A program made the position numbers and the translations under genes. A DNA stretch of 39,099 nucleotides from a virus (taxonomy: Duplodnaviria; Caudoviricetes). Shown here in pieces: positions 26,742-36,295 of this stretch. Position 1 is the stretch's first letter. Each line of letters begins with the position of its first letter. The notes under the pieces were generated by a model. It was not told the origin of the DNA. It saw nothing but the letters and a program-made list of their open reading frames with translations, and did no database searches. The DNA is taken from IMG/VR virus record IMGVR_UViG_3300021437_000049, positions 1-39,099 of that record; one strand, given 5' to 3'.

Positions 26742-26753
26742 ATCAACTATATT
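26725..26753 (+). promoter_or_regulatory. Late promoter (pR'-like)
   Basis: TTGCAA-17-TATATT. Confidence 0.65.
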
Positions 26754-26785
26754 GCGCGCATTAGGTAAATCCCCGAAGTCCCACT

Positions 26786-26819
26786 AGCCGCCAAGCAGCA
26801 ATGTTTAGGCGGCTTTTTT
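26786..26819 (+). terminator. tR'-like terminator before the portal gene
   Basis: AGCCGCC..GGCGGC-T6. Confidence 0.8.
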
Positions 26820-26839
26820 GCGTCCAAAAACTGCCAGTC

Positions 26840-29197
26840 ATGCCAAAAATCACCGACGAAGATTTGATAACCCGCGTTGATCAGGAATTGCGTGCGGCTC
26901 AGGATTACATGGGTGGCAAGCTTGCTGTGCAGCGGCGCAAGGCCTTGCAGTATTACCTTGCGCTGCCAGAGGGTGACTTGGCACCGCCAGAGGTGGATGG
27001 GCGCTCCAGCGTTGTCAGTACCGATGTGTCGGATACGGTGGAATGGCTGCTGCCAAGCCTGCTCAAAATCTTTACGGCCAGTGATCGTGTGGTGCAACTG
27101 AACCCGCGTAAGCAGGGAATGGAGCAGGATGCAGAGGACGCGACCGATTACCTGAACTGGATTTTCAACACCCAGAATGCCGGGTTTCGCTGCCTGCACA
27201 CCATGTTCAAGGATGCATTGATCAGCAAGACCGGCATCCTGAAGGTGTGGTGGGAAGACAAGGTGGACGAAGCCCGCGAGGAGTATGAGGGGCTGTCTGA
27301 TCAAGAGCTTACCGAGCTTATCGAAGACAAAGAGGTGGAGCCCATAGAGCACACCAGCCGCCCAGACGAAGACGATGCAGAGCAGCGGGATAAGGCCCTA
27401 CAGCAACTGACCCAGCAATTGCAACAGGCCACGCAGGCCGCGCAGCAGGGCAACCCGCAGGCACAACAGGCCGTGCAACAAATGCAGCAGCAGATTGCGC
27501 ATATTCAACAGCAGCCACCCGTGATGTTGCATGACGTGACGGTAAAGCGCACGCGACAAGCCGCCCAGGTGCGTATTGAGCCCGTTCCGCCCGAAGAGTT
27601 CTTTATCAGCCGACAGGCCAAAACCATTGCGGACGCTCCATTTGTGGCGCATGTGCGCGAATGGCTGGTGTCTGATTTGCGGGCCAATGGCTACAAGATC
27701 GAGGACGACGAGCTACCCCAGGATGATGCGGGTATGGTCGGGCGCAGCATGGAGCGTGCCCAGCGCTGGAGCTTTGACGACAGCACGGCACCATTCCCCA
27801 ACATGAGCGAGCCGCCCAGCGATCCGTCCATGCGCCGGGTCTGGGTGGTGGAGGCCTATTTGCGCTCGGATGTGGATGGCGATGGCATTGCCGAGTGGCG
27901 CAGGCTGCTCAAATGCGGAGAGAAGATTCTGGACAATGTGGAATGTGATGGCCCGCCCTTTGTGGCAGTCACGCCCATTCCGATGCCCCACCGCTTTGTG
28001 GGCCTGTCCATTGCCGACTTGGCCATGGGCGCGCAAAAGCAAAAAACATCACTGATTCGCTCGGTGCAGGACAACATCAATTTGCAGGTAAACGGGCGCT
28101 ACTATGCCGTTGACGGACAGGTGAATCTCGATGATTTGCTAACCAGCCGCCCAGGTGGGGTGGTGCGAATCAAGAATCCAGGCGCTGTGGGGTCGCTCAA
28201 TCAAGGCATGGGCAACATGGGTGACGTGTACCACATGCTTGAGTACGCGGAAACACAGAAGGAAAACCGCACCGGCTTTACCCGCCAAAGCGCTGGGGCC
28301 GATGCCAACGCCATCAACAAGACGGCAACCGGCGTGAGCATTGTGACCAATCGCGCCGACATGCGCACCGAATTGATTGCCCGCGTGTTTGCTGAGACGG
28401 GCGTCAAAGACCTGTTTGTGCAAATGCTTAAGCTGGTGTGCAAGTACCAGCATCAGCCCGCAGAGTTCAACCTTAACGGACGCTGGCTGAACCTGAACCC
28501 GCGCGAGTGGCGGCACCGCTTTGACGTTGTGGTCAATGTTGGGCTTGGCACCAATGATGCACAGCAAAAGCAAGTCCACCTCGGGAACCTGTTGCAAATG
28601 CAGGAGCGTTTGGCCCCAATGGGCATCGTAGGACCCAAAGAAATTTACAACGCAGCGGCGGAAATGGTCAAGGCCATTGGCTACAAGGATGCGAATCGTT
28701 TCTTGCAAAACCCGCAAAACACCCCGCCCAAGCCGCCCCCGCCGGACCCTAAATTGCAGATTGAGCAAATGAAGCTGCAGGCCGCAGGGCAGCACAAGCA
28801 GATGGACGCGCAATTGCAGACCCAGATTGAGCAGGCCAAGGGGCAGGCAACTATGCAAATTGAGCAAGCCAAGCTCGAAATGCAGATGCAGGTTGAGCGG
28901 GCAAAGATGGATGCGCAAATGCAGGTTGACATTAACCGGCAGCGGGCTGAGGCAGAACAGCAGCAACTCAAGGCGCGGGCTGAGGCGCAATTGGCCCAGA
29001 TGGAGGCCGACCACCGGCATAACCTGGAGCGCGAGCGCATTGAGCTTGAGCGCTGGAAAGCAAAGCTAGCCAGTGACACGCAAATTTATATTGAGCAAAT
29101 GAAACTCGGGCTTGCACAGCAGCAAATGGCCTTGCAACAAGATGCCCAAGAGTATGCGCAAGAGTCCGAAAGCGCAGCGCAGGAAGGTAACGAGTAA
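26840..29197 (+). CDS. Portal protein, P22-like, with a long C-terminal coiled-coil barrel
   Basis: GRSSVVSTDVSDTVEWLLPSL, FKDALISKTG and VVVNVGLG motifs; Q/A/E-rich C-terminus. Confidence 0.92.
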   Translation: MPKITDEDLITRVDQELRAAQDYMGGKLAVQRRKALQYYLALPEGDLAPPEVDGRSSVVSTDVSDTVEWLLPSLLKIFTASDRVVQLNPRKQGMEQDAEDATDYLNWIFNTQNAGFRCLHTMFKDALISKTGILKVWWEDKVDEAREEYEGLSDQELTELIEDKEVEPIEHTSRPDEDDAEQRDKALQQLTQQLQQATQAAQQGNPQAQQAVQQMQQQIAHIQQQPPVMLHDVTVKRTRQAAQVRIEPVPPEEFFISRQAKTIADAPFVAHVREWLVSDLRANGYKIEDDELPQDDAGMVGRSMERAQRWSFDDSTAPFPNMSEPPSDPSMRRVWVVEAYLRSDVDGDGIAEWRRLLKCGEKILDNVECDGPPFVAVTPIPMPHRFVGLSIADLAMGAQKQKTSLIRSVQDNINLQVNGRYYAVDGQVNLDDLLTSRPGGVVRIKNPGAVGSLNQGMGNMGDVYHMLEYAETQKENRTGFTRQSAGADANAINKTATGVSIVTNRADMRTELIARVFAETGVKDLFVQMLKLVCKYQHQPAEFNLNGRWLNLNPREWRHRFDVVVNVGLGTNDAQQKQVHLGNLLQMQERLAPMGIVGPKEIYNAAAEMVKAIGYKDANRFLQNPQNTPPKPPPPDPKLQIEQMKLQAAGQHKQMDAQLQTQIEQAKGQATMQIEQAKLEMQMQVERAKMDAQMQVDINRQRAEAEQQQLKARAEAQLAQMEADHRHNLERERIELERWKAKLASDTQIYIEQMKLGLAQQQMALQQDAQEYAQESESAAQEGNE

Positions 29198-30762
29198 TGA
29201 TCGAATCGCTGGCAATTGCATCATCTGGTAAATCAGTTGTGGCCTCTACTACGGCTACGACTGTGCAAATCCCATTTGATTCAAGCGGCGGCTATCCAAG
29301 GCATTTGTACATTTCGTCTACAGCACCTGTCTATGTAAAGGTTGGATCATCAAGCGTTGTTGCAGTGGCTGGCGATTTGTTGGTGCAGCCTGCAGATAGC
29401 GTATTGATTGACTGCTTTGGGTGCACCTATATCAGTGTGATATCTATCTCTGGTACGGCCTTCGTAAGTCTTTCCCCTTCGGAATACGGACGCTGGAATG
29501 AAGCAAACCCCGATGCGCTAACCCTCCTACGCTACTACGGCAACAACGCTCACATCTACCTCCCAGGAGTAGGCGCGCTCAACGGTCTAACCGCTGGCAA
29601 CTACCTTGATGCAGGCACAACGCCTGCGGTAGTGGATGGTCTTGTGTATCAGATCAACGATCCTCTTGGTGCGATTAACGCCACCCAGCCCACAGCAGGA
29701 AGCAGGCCTACGCTAAGGAGGGGGGCGCTGAATTTGCTGACGTATTCGCAGGACTTTACGAATGCTGCGTGGACGAATGACATCAATACGACCACATTTA
29801 CCCCGAACACAGCCATTGCTCCAGATGGGTCGTTAACGGCAGACTCCATAACTGTGAGCGGGGGAACAAGCCGAACATTCCAGATGACAGCGCCGGGGGT
29901 TCTCACAGGGAAGAGAGTTACATACTCGGTGTGGTTATGGAGTATGTCTGGCAAGGCAACAATCGCCATGCGAATTTATGACAACCCAACAGGGATAAAT
30001 GCCAGCATAAAAACAATTGCGTTAACTTCAACTCCGACACGCTATAGCCTTACGTCAGTGTTGTTTACGACAACAGACTCGCAACTGGCGTGCGGTTTTG
30101 AAAACCGTGTAGCCCAAGGTGGTGACGGAATTGCTGGGACGTTTGAGGCGTGGGGTGCCCAACTAGAAATCGGCTCCGCCGCATCAGCCTACACCCCAAC
30201 CACCACAGCCGCAGCAAGCAACGCAAGCGCGGGGAGCTATTCGCTGCAGTTCAGTGGGGCGCAGTCGATGGCGTTGGGTAGTGTGCCGTTTCAGATGAGC
30301 GACGATCATGCTGTTGTGGCTGGATGCTCTACAACATCCACAACTGGTAACTCAAAAACAATTTACGGGCAAGGCGGCGCAACTACAACGCCAAGGATTC
30401 AGCTTTCATTTTCAGTGTCTGGTTTCGCGGAAGTTGCTTGGCGTGATGACGCTGGTACGTTAGCTTCTTGGAATAGTGGCGTTGTATACGCATCCCCTAC
30501 GGTGCTGTCGGCGGTAAAGCAAAGTAACGCAAAGCGATTGCGCGTAAATGGGGCGCAAGTTGGGGCAACAAATAACACTGCGCTTGGTGCTACAACACTG
30601 ACTGCTGCGGCAATTGGCGTGTGTGGCGCAACAACGCCATACGATTACCACCAAGGCTCCATCGGCCCAGTAATAGCAATCAAAGGCACCGTATCCGATT
30701 CAGACCTGCTAACCCTTGAACGCTTCGTTGCAAGCCTGACGCCAAACGCACCTTCGTTTTAG
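29197..30762 (+). CDS. Capsid decoration/head-fibre protein: decoration-like N-domain plus carbohydrate-binding/LamG-like domains
   Basis: First ~96 aa align with 33566-33868; NLLTYSQDF..W, APDGSLTAD, WGAQLE and LRVNG motifs. Confidence 0.7.
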   Translation: MIESLAIASSGKSVVASTTATTVQIPFDSSGGYPRHLYISSTAPVYVKVGSSSVVAVAGDLLVQPADSVLIDCFGCTYISVISISGTAFVSLSPSEYGRWNEANPDALTLLRYYGNNAHIYLPGVGALNGLTAGNYLDAGTTPAVVDGLVYQINDPLGAINATQPTAGSRPTLRRGALNLLTYSQDFTNAAWTNDINTTTFTPNTAIAPDGSLTADSITVSGGTSRTFQMTAPGVLTGKRVTYSVWLWSMSGKATIAMRIYDNPTGINASIKTIALTSTPTRYSLTSVLFTTTDSQLACGFENRVAQGGDGIAGTFEAWGAQLEIGSAASAYTPTTTAAASNASAGSYSLQFSGAQSMALGSVPFQMSDDHAVVAGCSTTSTTGNSKTIYGQGGATTTPRIQLSFSVSGFAEVAWRDDAGTLASWNSGVVYASPTVLSAVKQSNAKRLRVNGAQVGATNNTALGATTLTAAAIGVCGATTPYDYHQGSIGPVIAIKGTVSDSDLLTLERFVASLTPNAPSF

Positions 30763-30873
30763 ATGATGCACCACCTCAAATGCCTCCTCCTGATCCTGCC
30801 CATCTGGCTATTCGGCTCGGTGTGCATCGTCGTGGCTGCATGTGTCTATCTGGGACTGATGCAGTGGGATTGA
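30763..30873 (+). CDS. Tiny hydrophobic protein (36 aa)
   Basis: ATG immediately after the TAG; MMHHLKCLLLILPIWLFGSVCIVVAACVYLGLMQWD. Confidence 0.4.
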   Translation: MMHHLKCLLLILPIWLFGSVCIVVAACVYLGLMQWD

Positions 30874-31019
30874 TCAAGTATTCCACTTTCGGCGCTGTAG
30901 GTGCATGTATCGCAGCGGTCTACAACTCGGCAGGATGGGTGCTCATCGCTGCTTTTGTGCTTGGTGTGCAGGTTGGGTTTATGACAGGCTTGGTTTTGAA
31001 TTGGTTGGAAATGAAATGA
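30870..31019 (+). CDS. Tiny membrane protein (49 aa, TTG start)
   Basis: TTGA and ATGA coupling; hydrophobic. Confidence 0.4.
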   Translation: MIKYSTFGAVGACIAAVYNSAGWVLIAAFVLGVQVGFMTGLVLNWLEMK

Positions 31020-31318
31020 CCGAAGAAGAACAACTTTTCAAAGAACAAACCCGAGCCAATGCGGCGCGGGAATTGGTGGAGCATCCGCTCTATGTCGAGG
31101 CGTTTGAGGTCTATACCCAGCGCCTTAAAACCGAATGGGCGGATAGTCCTGCCCGAGACAAGGAAGGTAGAGAAACCCTATGGCTAATGCTAAAAACAGC
31201 GCAGGCAGTGCAGTCGCACCTGCAACAGATTCTGGAAACGGGCAAGTTAGCGAGCCTGCAGCTACAACAGAAACGATCAATGCTGGAGCGAGCCCGTCAG
31301 TGGACTGGGATGGATTGA
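31016..31318 (+). CDS. Conserved head-module protein between portal and scaffold
   Basis: A.ELVEHP..EAF..W..SPARD.EGRE.LW..L..G.LA motif. Confidence 0.8.
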   Translation: MTEEEQLFKEQTRANAARELVEHPLYVEAFEVYTQRLKTEWADSPARDKEGRETLWLMLKTAQAVQSHLQQILETGKLASLQLQQKRSMLERARQWTGMD

Positions 31319-31491
31319 ATCAGGTCGCGCTCAATGCCGAAATGGCAGAAGGCGGCTTTGGCCGTCGCATCGTGCATGTGTGGCACCCGGCCCCAAATAT
31401 TGATGTCTGGACCGGAATTTTCGGAAGTGCGCCAGTAAGTTCCGGGCCATCTGCTTATCAGCTGAGTGACGGCGAGATTGTCACGCTGTAA
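31180..31491 (+). CDS. Hypothetical protein overlapping the previous gene
   Basis: 103-aa ORF; explains the otherwise empty 31319-31491; terminator follows. Confidence 0.55.
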   Translation: MANAKNSAGSAVAPATDSGNGQVSEPAATTETINAGASPSVDWDGLNQVALNAEMAEGGFGRRIVHVWHPAPNIDVWTGIFGSAPVSSGPSAYQLSDGEIVTL

Positions 31492-31515
31492 GTATTAATT
31501 TCCCGTTTCCCAACC

Positions 31516-31547
31516 AGCCGCCCGGCGCAAGTCAGGCGGCTTTTTTT
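31516..31547 (+). terminator. Intrinsic terminator
   Basis: AGCCGCC..GGCGGC-T7. Confidence 0.8.
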
Positions 31548-31566
31548 ATGAAAGAAGACCCACCTC

Positions 31567-32505
31567 ATGGATGAAACCGTTAACCCGCAAGGGAACGAGA
31601 GCCCACAAGAGCCCTTTAACCCAGAAGCCGCCTTTGAAAGCTACCTGGAACGCCAAGCCACCGGCGCAGTCGATGATGGCGCAGACCCACAGCAGCAAGC
31701 CAGCGATGGCGATGCCAAGCCCGATGAGTCTGCCCAGGACGACGCAAACGAGCAGCGTTTCACGGTAAAAGTCAATGGTGAAGAGCGAGAGGTATCCCTC
31801 GCTGAACTGCAAAAAGGCTACCAGCTTGAGAGCGACTACCGCATCAAGACCAGCCAAGCAGCAGAGCAGGCCCGTGCCGCGCAAGAGCAATTTGCGCAAG
31901 CCCAGGCCATGCAGCAGCACTATGGTGCGCAGTTGCAGCAGTACCAGCAACGTCTGGCACAAATGCAACCCGCGCAGCCTGATCCGTCGCTGATCGACTC
32001 GGACCCGGTGAACTACTTGCGCCAGCAGCAAGCGTGGCAGGCATGGCAAGGCCAGATGATGCGCACGCAGCAAGAAGCGCAGGCGTTTACAGCCCAGCAA
32101 GAGGCACGGAAGAAGCAGTATTTTGAACAGCAAGTGTCTGAGCAGGCGCAATTGCTGGCAAAAGCTGACGCTGATTTCTCAGACCCAGCCAAAGCCGAAC
32201 AGGTAAAGCAGGGTTTGGCAAAGTACCTCAAAAGCACAGGCTACAGCGATGAAGAAGTAAGCGGCGTGACCGACCACCGCGCCGTAGTGCTGGCCAAGAA
32301 AGCAATGCTGTACGACCAAATGATGGTCAAGCAGCAAAACGTCAACCAGAAGGTTGTCAACCTGCCACCCAGGGCACCACAGCGCCCAGGTGTGAGCAAC
32401 GTGTCACCCACGGACGGACGCACCCGCGCAATGCAGAGCTTAAAGCGCAGCGGCAGCATCGACGATGCAGCCAACGCCTTTGCGGCCATGCTGGGCGGCA
32501 GATAG
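31567..32505 (+). CDS. Scaffolding protein
   Basis: Acidic N-terminus; TVKVNGEEREVSLAELQKGY..DY..KT and LKRSGSIDDAA motifs. Confidence 0.88.
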   Translation: MDETVNPQGNESPQEPFNPEAAFESYLERQATGAVDDGADPQQQASDGDAKPDESAQDDANEQRFTVKVNGEEREVSLAELQKGYQLESDYRIKTSQAAEQARAAQEQFAQAQAMQQHYGAQLQQYQQRLAQMQPAQPDPSLIDSDPVNYLRQQQAWQAWQGQMMRTQQEAQAFTAQQEARKKQYFEQQVSEQAQLLAKADADFSDPAKAEQVKQGLAKYLKSTGYSDEEVSGVTDHRAVVLAKKAMLYDQMMVKQQNVNQKVVNLPPRAPQRPGVSNVSPTDGRTRAMQSLKRSGSIDDAANAFAAMLGGR

Positions 32506-32541
32506 ACAGTAATTTTTACAACCCATTTTTAGGAGCCAATC

Positions 32542-33483
32542 ATGGCAGTTCCAAGTAATACGATGCAAACCTACACCGGCGTGGTCAACAAAGAAGACCT
32601 CTCGGACATGGTGTACATGATTTCCCCAACCGAAACCCCTCTTTTGAGTGGTGCTGGCCGATCCAAAGCAGCCAACACGCTGCATGAGTGGACCACCGAC
32701 GTGCTGGCAACAGCCGCCAACAACGCACAGATTGAAGGTGACGACACCTATACATCCGCAGGCGTAATTAACCCCGGTGTCCGCGTGAACAACCGCACTC
32801 AGATTAGCCGTAAGGTGGTGCGCTTGTCTGGCACGCAGCAAGCCATGAACAGCGCTGGCAACCTTTACACCATGGGTAAGCAAATGGCCAAGGCCAGTAG
32901 CGAACTCAAGCGTGACATGGAAGTTGCGCTGACAACCAATACCACCGCTGTGGTAGGTGCAGCCGGTACCGCTCGCCAGTTGCGCGGCTTGGAAGGCTGG
33001 GTTTCTACCAACAACAGTCTTGGCGTAGGTGGCGTAGCCCCCGTACCCGGTACCAACACCGCCCCCACCGATGGCACCCAACGCGCACTGACCGAGGCCT
33101 TAATCAAGACCACGCTCAACAGCATTTGGACCGCGGGCGGCAACCCAGACACCATCATGGTTGGCGGCACACAGAAGCAGCTTTTTAGCTCCTTTACTGG
33201 TGGCGGTACGCAAATGGGTAATTTGGATGACAAGAAGCTGGTGGCAGCTATTGATGTGTACGTGAGCGATTTTGGCACTCTAAAAATTGTGCCAAACCGC
33301 TTCCAGCGCGCCCGCACCATGTTCATCTTGGAGATGGAAAAGTGGAAAGTGGCGTACTTCCGCCCATTCCAGACCGAAGACCTGGCCAAAACTGGCGACT
33401 CCGATGCCAAGCACATTCTGTGCGAGTACACCCTGGAAGCCTGCAACGAAAGCGCCAGCGGCGCAGTGCGCGATCTGACCTAA
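32542..33483 (+). CDS. Major capsid protein (DUF5309/SU10-like)
   Basis: EDLSD..MISPTETP, HEW.TD.L, N.TQI..K, ELKRDME, YVSDFG and LAKTGD motifs. Confidence 0.93.
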   Translation: MAVPSNTMQTYTGVVNKEDLSDMVYMISPTETPLLSGAGRSKAANTLHEWTTDVLATAANNAQIEGDDTYTSAGVINPGVRVNNRTQISRKVVRLSGTQQAMNSAGNLYTMGKQMAKASSELKRDMEVALTTNTTAVVGAAGTARQLRGLEGWVSTNNSLGVGGVAPVPGTNTAPTDGTQRALTEALIKTTLNSIWTAGGNPDTIMVGGTQKQLFSSFTGGGTQMGNLDDKKLVAAIDVYVSDFGTLKIVPNRFQRARTMFILEMEKWKVAYFRPFQTEDLAKTGDSDAKHILCEYTLEACNESASGAVRDLT

Positions 33484-33515
33484 GCCATAGGGGCCTAAGT
33501 GCCCTTCATTACAAC

Positions 33516-33552
33516 AAGCCCCTCCGGGTAACTCTGGAGGGGCTTTTCTTTT
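33516..33552 (+). terminator. Terminator after the capsid gene
   Basis: AAGCCCCTCC..GGAGGGGCTT followed by a T-tract. Confidence 0.85.
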
Positions 33553-33565
33553 TGGAGAAAGTCAA

Positions 33566-33868
33566 ATGGCATCAGAAGACGCAATTGCAGTTGTCAAGAC
33601 AGGCAACATCATTTCATTCGGCGCAGCCTCTGCCAATGTGGCCGTGCCAACAGATTCATCGGGAACCCTTCCGAAATACATCCGCATTGCAGCCAATGCA
33701 GCTTGCTATGTCAAGATTGGCCCTTCTGGGGTTACGGCTGCTGCTGGCGATGTTCTGGTGCAGCCAGCCGACGCGGTGATCTTGAAGGTAATGAATCAGG
33801 CGTTCATTGCAGCAATTCAGGTATCCGCTGCCGGAACGGTGCAGATCAGCCCGCTAGAGGACCGCTAA
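33566..33868 (+). CDS. Putative capsid decoration (cement) protein
   Basis: GGAG SD; 100 aa, beta-rich; directly after the capsid gene. Confidence 0.65.
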   Translation: MASEDAIAVVKTGNIISFGAASANVAVPTDSSGTLPKYIRIAANAACYVKIGPSGVTAAAGDVLVQPADAVILKVMNQAFIAAIQVSAAGTVQISPLEDR

Positions 33869-33870
33869 TC

Positions 33871-34161
33871 ATGGGGCAATTAATAACCCAGTTCGCGGAT
33901 GGCGGTGACGACAAGCTGATCGTCAACCGCGTGCAAGACGTGGAGCCGTTTCTGGACCACACGCACGACCTTCGCAGCGCAGGCAAAGTGGGCTCTGGCG
34001 AGTTTCGCCACGCGGCAAGCCTGCCAATGGTGCTGGTGGAAAAGTATTGCAACGACCGGGGCGTGAGCTTTCATGAATTCATGGCTGACACCAAGCATGT
34101 GAATGCGATGCTAAATGACCCAGCACTGAAATCCTTTCGGGTGTGGGAAGGGCGGGTGTAA
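33871..34161 (+). CDS. Conserved virion-module protein
   Basis: QDVEP.L, HAASLP...VE and LNDP....FR motifs. Confidence 0.75.
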   Translation: MGQLITQFADGGDDKLIVNRVQDVEPFLDHTHDLRSAGKVGSGEFRHAASLPMVLVEKYCNDRGVSFHEFMADTKHVNAMLNDPALKSFRVWEGRV

Positions 34162-34164
34162 ACC

Positions 34165-34776
34165 ATGGCCTTGTCCAATTACACCGAGTTGCAAGCCAGC
34201 ATTGCCAACTGGGCACATCGCAGCGATCTTGGCTCAATCATCCCTGACTTTGTGGCGCTTGCGGAGGCCAGAATCAGCCGCGATCTGCGCCTGAGAAAGC
34301 AGATCGTCACAAGCAGCCTTACATGCACTGGCGGCGTGCAATCCGTGGCGCTCCCAAGCGATTGGCTTGAATACGAGAACGTATCTGTAAACACCAATCC
34401 AACGCGGCAGTTGGTTTACGTATCCGTGGAGCAGCTTGATTCCACGTATTCATCTCAGGTCACAGGCATTCCGGCTGTGTACACCATAGAAGGCGATTCC
34501 ACGCTATTTGGTCCGATACCCGATAGCAATTACTCGATCACAGCGATTTACTACGCACGGTTTCCAAGCGTGATCACAAACGCCACAAACTGGCTTCTTA
34601 CCAATCATCCAAACATTTATTTACATGCTTGTTTGGTGGAAGCGTACACATATATCCAAGACATGGAGAAGGTGCAAATGTTCCAAGAACGGTACACCAA
34701 TGGCTGCAACCAGTTGCAAGCGCAGGACGACGAAGCAACACATTCAGGCTCGGTACTCCGGGTAAAGGTGGTCTAA
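34165..34776 (+). CDS. Head-to-tail adaptor
   Basis: NYTELQASIANW..R.DL..IPDFVALAE and TNWLL...P.IYL motifs. Confidence 0.82.
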   Translation: MALSNYTELQASIANWAHRSDLGSIIPDFVALAEARISRDLRLRKQIVTSSLTCTGGVQSVALPSDWLEYENVSVNTNPTRQLVYVSVEQLDSTYSSQVTGIPAVYTIEGDSTLFGPIPDSNYSITAIYYARFPSVITNATNWLLTNHPNIYLHACLVEAYTYIQDMEKVQMFQERYTNGCNQLQAQDDEATHSGSVLRVKVV

Positions 34777-35205
34777 ATGACTGTTGAAACGGCTTCGTAC
34801 ATTAATCAACTGAACAACACGTTACCCGCTGACGGTGACGCACGCTCAGAAGGTGACGATCACTTGCGCTTGATTAAATCGGCGCTTGTGGCTACCTTCC
34901 CCAACTTCACTGCTACACCTGTAACAGCGAATTCTGCTGACTTGTCAACGGTCACAGGCGCGGCCAGTACGGGCGCAACTACGCTAAAGGTAGCAACCCA
35001 AACAGCAGGCACTAATAGCACCCTAGCGGCTTCTACTGCTTACGCTGATGCTGCTGTGGCTGCTGCTGCGTTCTCCACCTCTTTGCCATCACAAACGGGC
35101 AATTCTGGCAAGTTTGTTACTACTAACGGCACTACTGCTTCATGGGCCAGCGTTTATACGGCTGGCTCAGATATCTACCTATCAAACACTTTCGGAGGTT
35201 TCTAA
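34777..35205 (+). CDS. Tail fibre, proximal/adaptor subunit
   Basis: E.A.YI.QL...P...D..SEGDDHLRLIK..L..TFPN N-terminal motif. Confidence 0.75.
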   Translation: MTVETASYINQLNNTLPADGDARSEGDDHLRLIKSALVATFPNFTATPVTANSADLSTVTGAASTGATTLKVATQTAGTNSTLAASTAYADAAVAAAAFSTSLPSQTGNSGKFVTTNGTTASWASVYTAGSDIYLSNTFGGF

Positions 35206-35601
35206 ATGACAAACACCCCAGTTTTCGCCCAAACACCAAAGACGTTTATTGCGTCCCTGACTAGCCCCACAGCGATCACTTCGCGTGCCAACATCACAGG
35301 CACAACAGGCTTGACTAAGCTAACAGACACCACTACAAACGGTTTTCGTCTGGACAACATTAGCATTAAAGGCAAGGGCACTTCCTTGGCTGCAACCGTA
35401 TTTATATGGTTGTATGACGGCACTACTTCCTATATCTTTGATGAAATTGAGATTGCCGTAGCAACTGGTTCGACAACGGTTTCATCCATTGAAACCTCTA
35501 CCGATTACACATCCAATAACCTAACACCGACTCAGCAACTGTATATAAGTGTCTCCGTTGCGCAAGATTTGAATGTGTTTGCTAACGGTGGAGCCTATTA
35601 A
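35206..35601 (+). CDS. Tail-fibre-associated protein
   Basis: Thr-rich, beta-type composition; position. Confidence 0.65.
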   Translation: MTNTPVFAQTPKTFIASLTSPTAITSRANITGTTGLTKLTDTTTNGFRLDNISIKGKGTSLAATVFIWLYDGTTSYIFDEIEIAVATGSTTVSSIETSTDYTSNNLTPTQQLYISVSVAQDLNVFANGGAY

Positions 35602-35603
35602 TC

Positions 35604-36293
35604 ATGGGCGCGTTTAACTACGGGACTACCGCTACAAGTGGCAAGCCAAAGCGGGTAATACAGCTTACGACTGGCATTGGTACATACATACCAACAGAAG
35701 CAAATGCACGTTGCTTTGTACGCCTTCAAGGAGGCGGTGGTGGTGGTGCAAGTGCTGCGCTTCCAGGTGGTGGCGGTGGTGGCGCTATGGTTGAGTTTTT
35801 AACCCGCGTACCACTGAATGGCGTTGCCTATACCGTTGGGGCTGGCGGCGCTGCTGCCGTAGATGGTAGCCCGACTGTGTTCGGCCCAATGCGGGCAAAT
35901 GGCGGGCTCAAAGGTGGCGCGAGTGACGCTGGTGGTGCTGGCGGCTATTTGGGGATATTCGCTACTACAGCAGTACAAGCATCTGCTGGAGGTTTGCAGG
36001 GCGTGTCTGGTGGCGCTGGTGGTGGCAATCAAGCTCTTAAGTCTGCTGGCAGCGCACCAGGTTTCTCGATAGCTGGCAATTCTGGATCTGGGGCAACTAA
36101 TGCAGCAAACGGATCGGCGGCTGCAGGGGCCACTGGTTCAGGCGGGGGTGATTCTTTCTTTGGCTACGGTGGTGCTGGAGGAGGTGCTACGGGTGCAAGT
36201 GCTACGGGTTACGGTGGTGGCGGAGGTGGTGGCACTACTACTGGCGGGTCCGGGTCCGGTGGGTGTATTGAAATTTGGGACTTTGGGGCATAA
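35604..36293 (+). CDS. Glycine-rich tail fibre protein
   Basis: GGGGGG, YTVGAGG and GYGGGGGG..GSGG.IEIW motifs. Confidence 0.75.
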   Translation: MGAFNYGTTATSGKPKRVIQLTTGIGTYIPTEANARCFVRLQGGGGGGASAALPGGGGGGAMVEFLTRVPLNGVAYTVGAGGAAAVDGSPTVFGPMRANGGLKGGASDAGGAGGYLGIFATTAVQASAGGLQGVSGGAGGGNQALKSAGSAPGFSIAGNSGSGATNAANGSAAAGATGSGGGDSFFGYGGAGGGATGASATGYGGGGGGGTTTGGSGSGGCIEIWDFGA

Positions 36294-36295
36294 GC

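Noticed and set aside
27370-27520. Gln-rich insert in the portal as an intein or repeat element
   Set aside because: Low-complexity helical loop with no intein motifs
28139-29079. Long minus-strand ORFs opposite the portal (similarly opposite scaffold, capsid and 10825-11619)
   Set aside because: Shadow ORFs of well-supported genes with implausible composition
32503-32544. Scaffold-capsid read-through fusion (the two genes are in frame)
   Set aside because: Two TAGs would need suppression, the capsid gene has its own AGGAG SD, and an in-frame arrangement has a 1-in-3 chance
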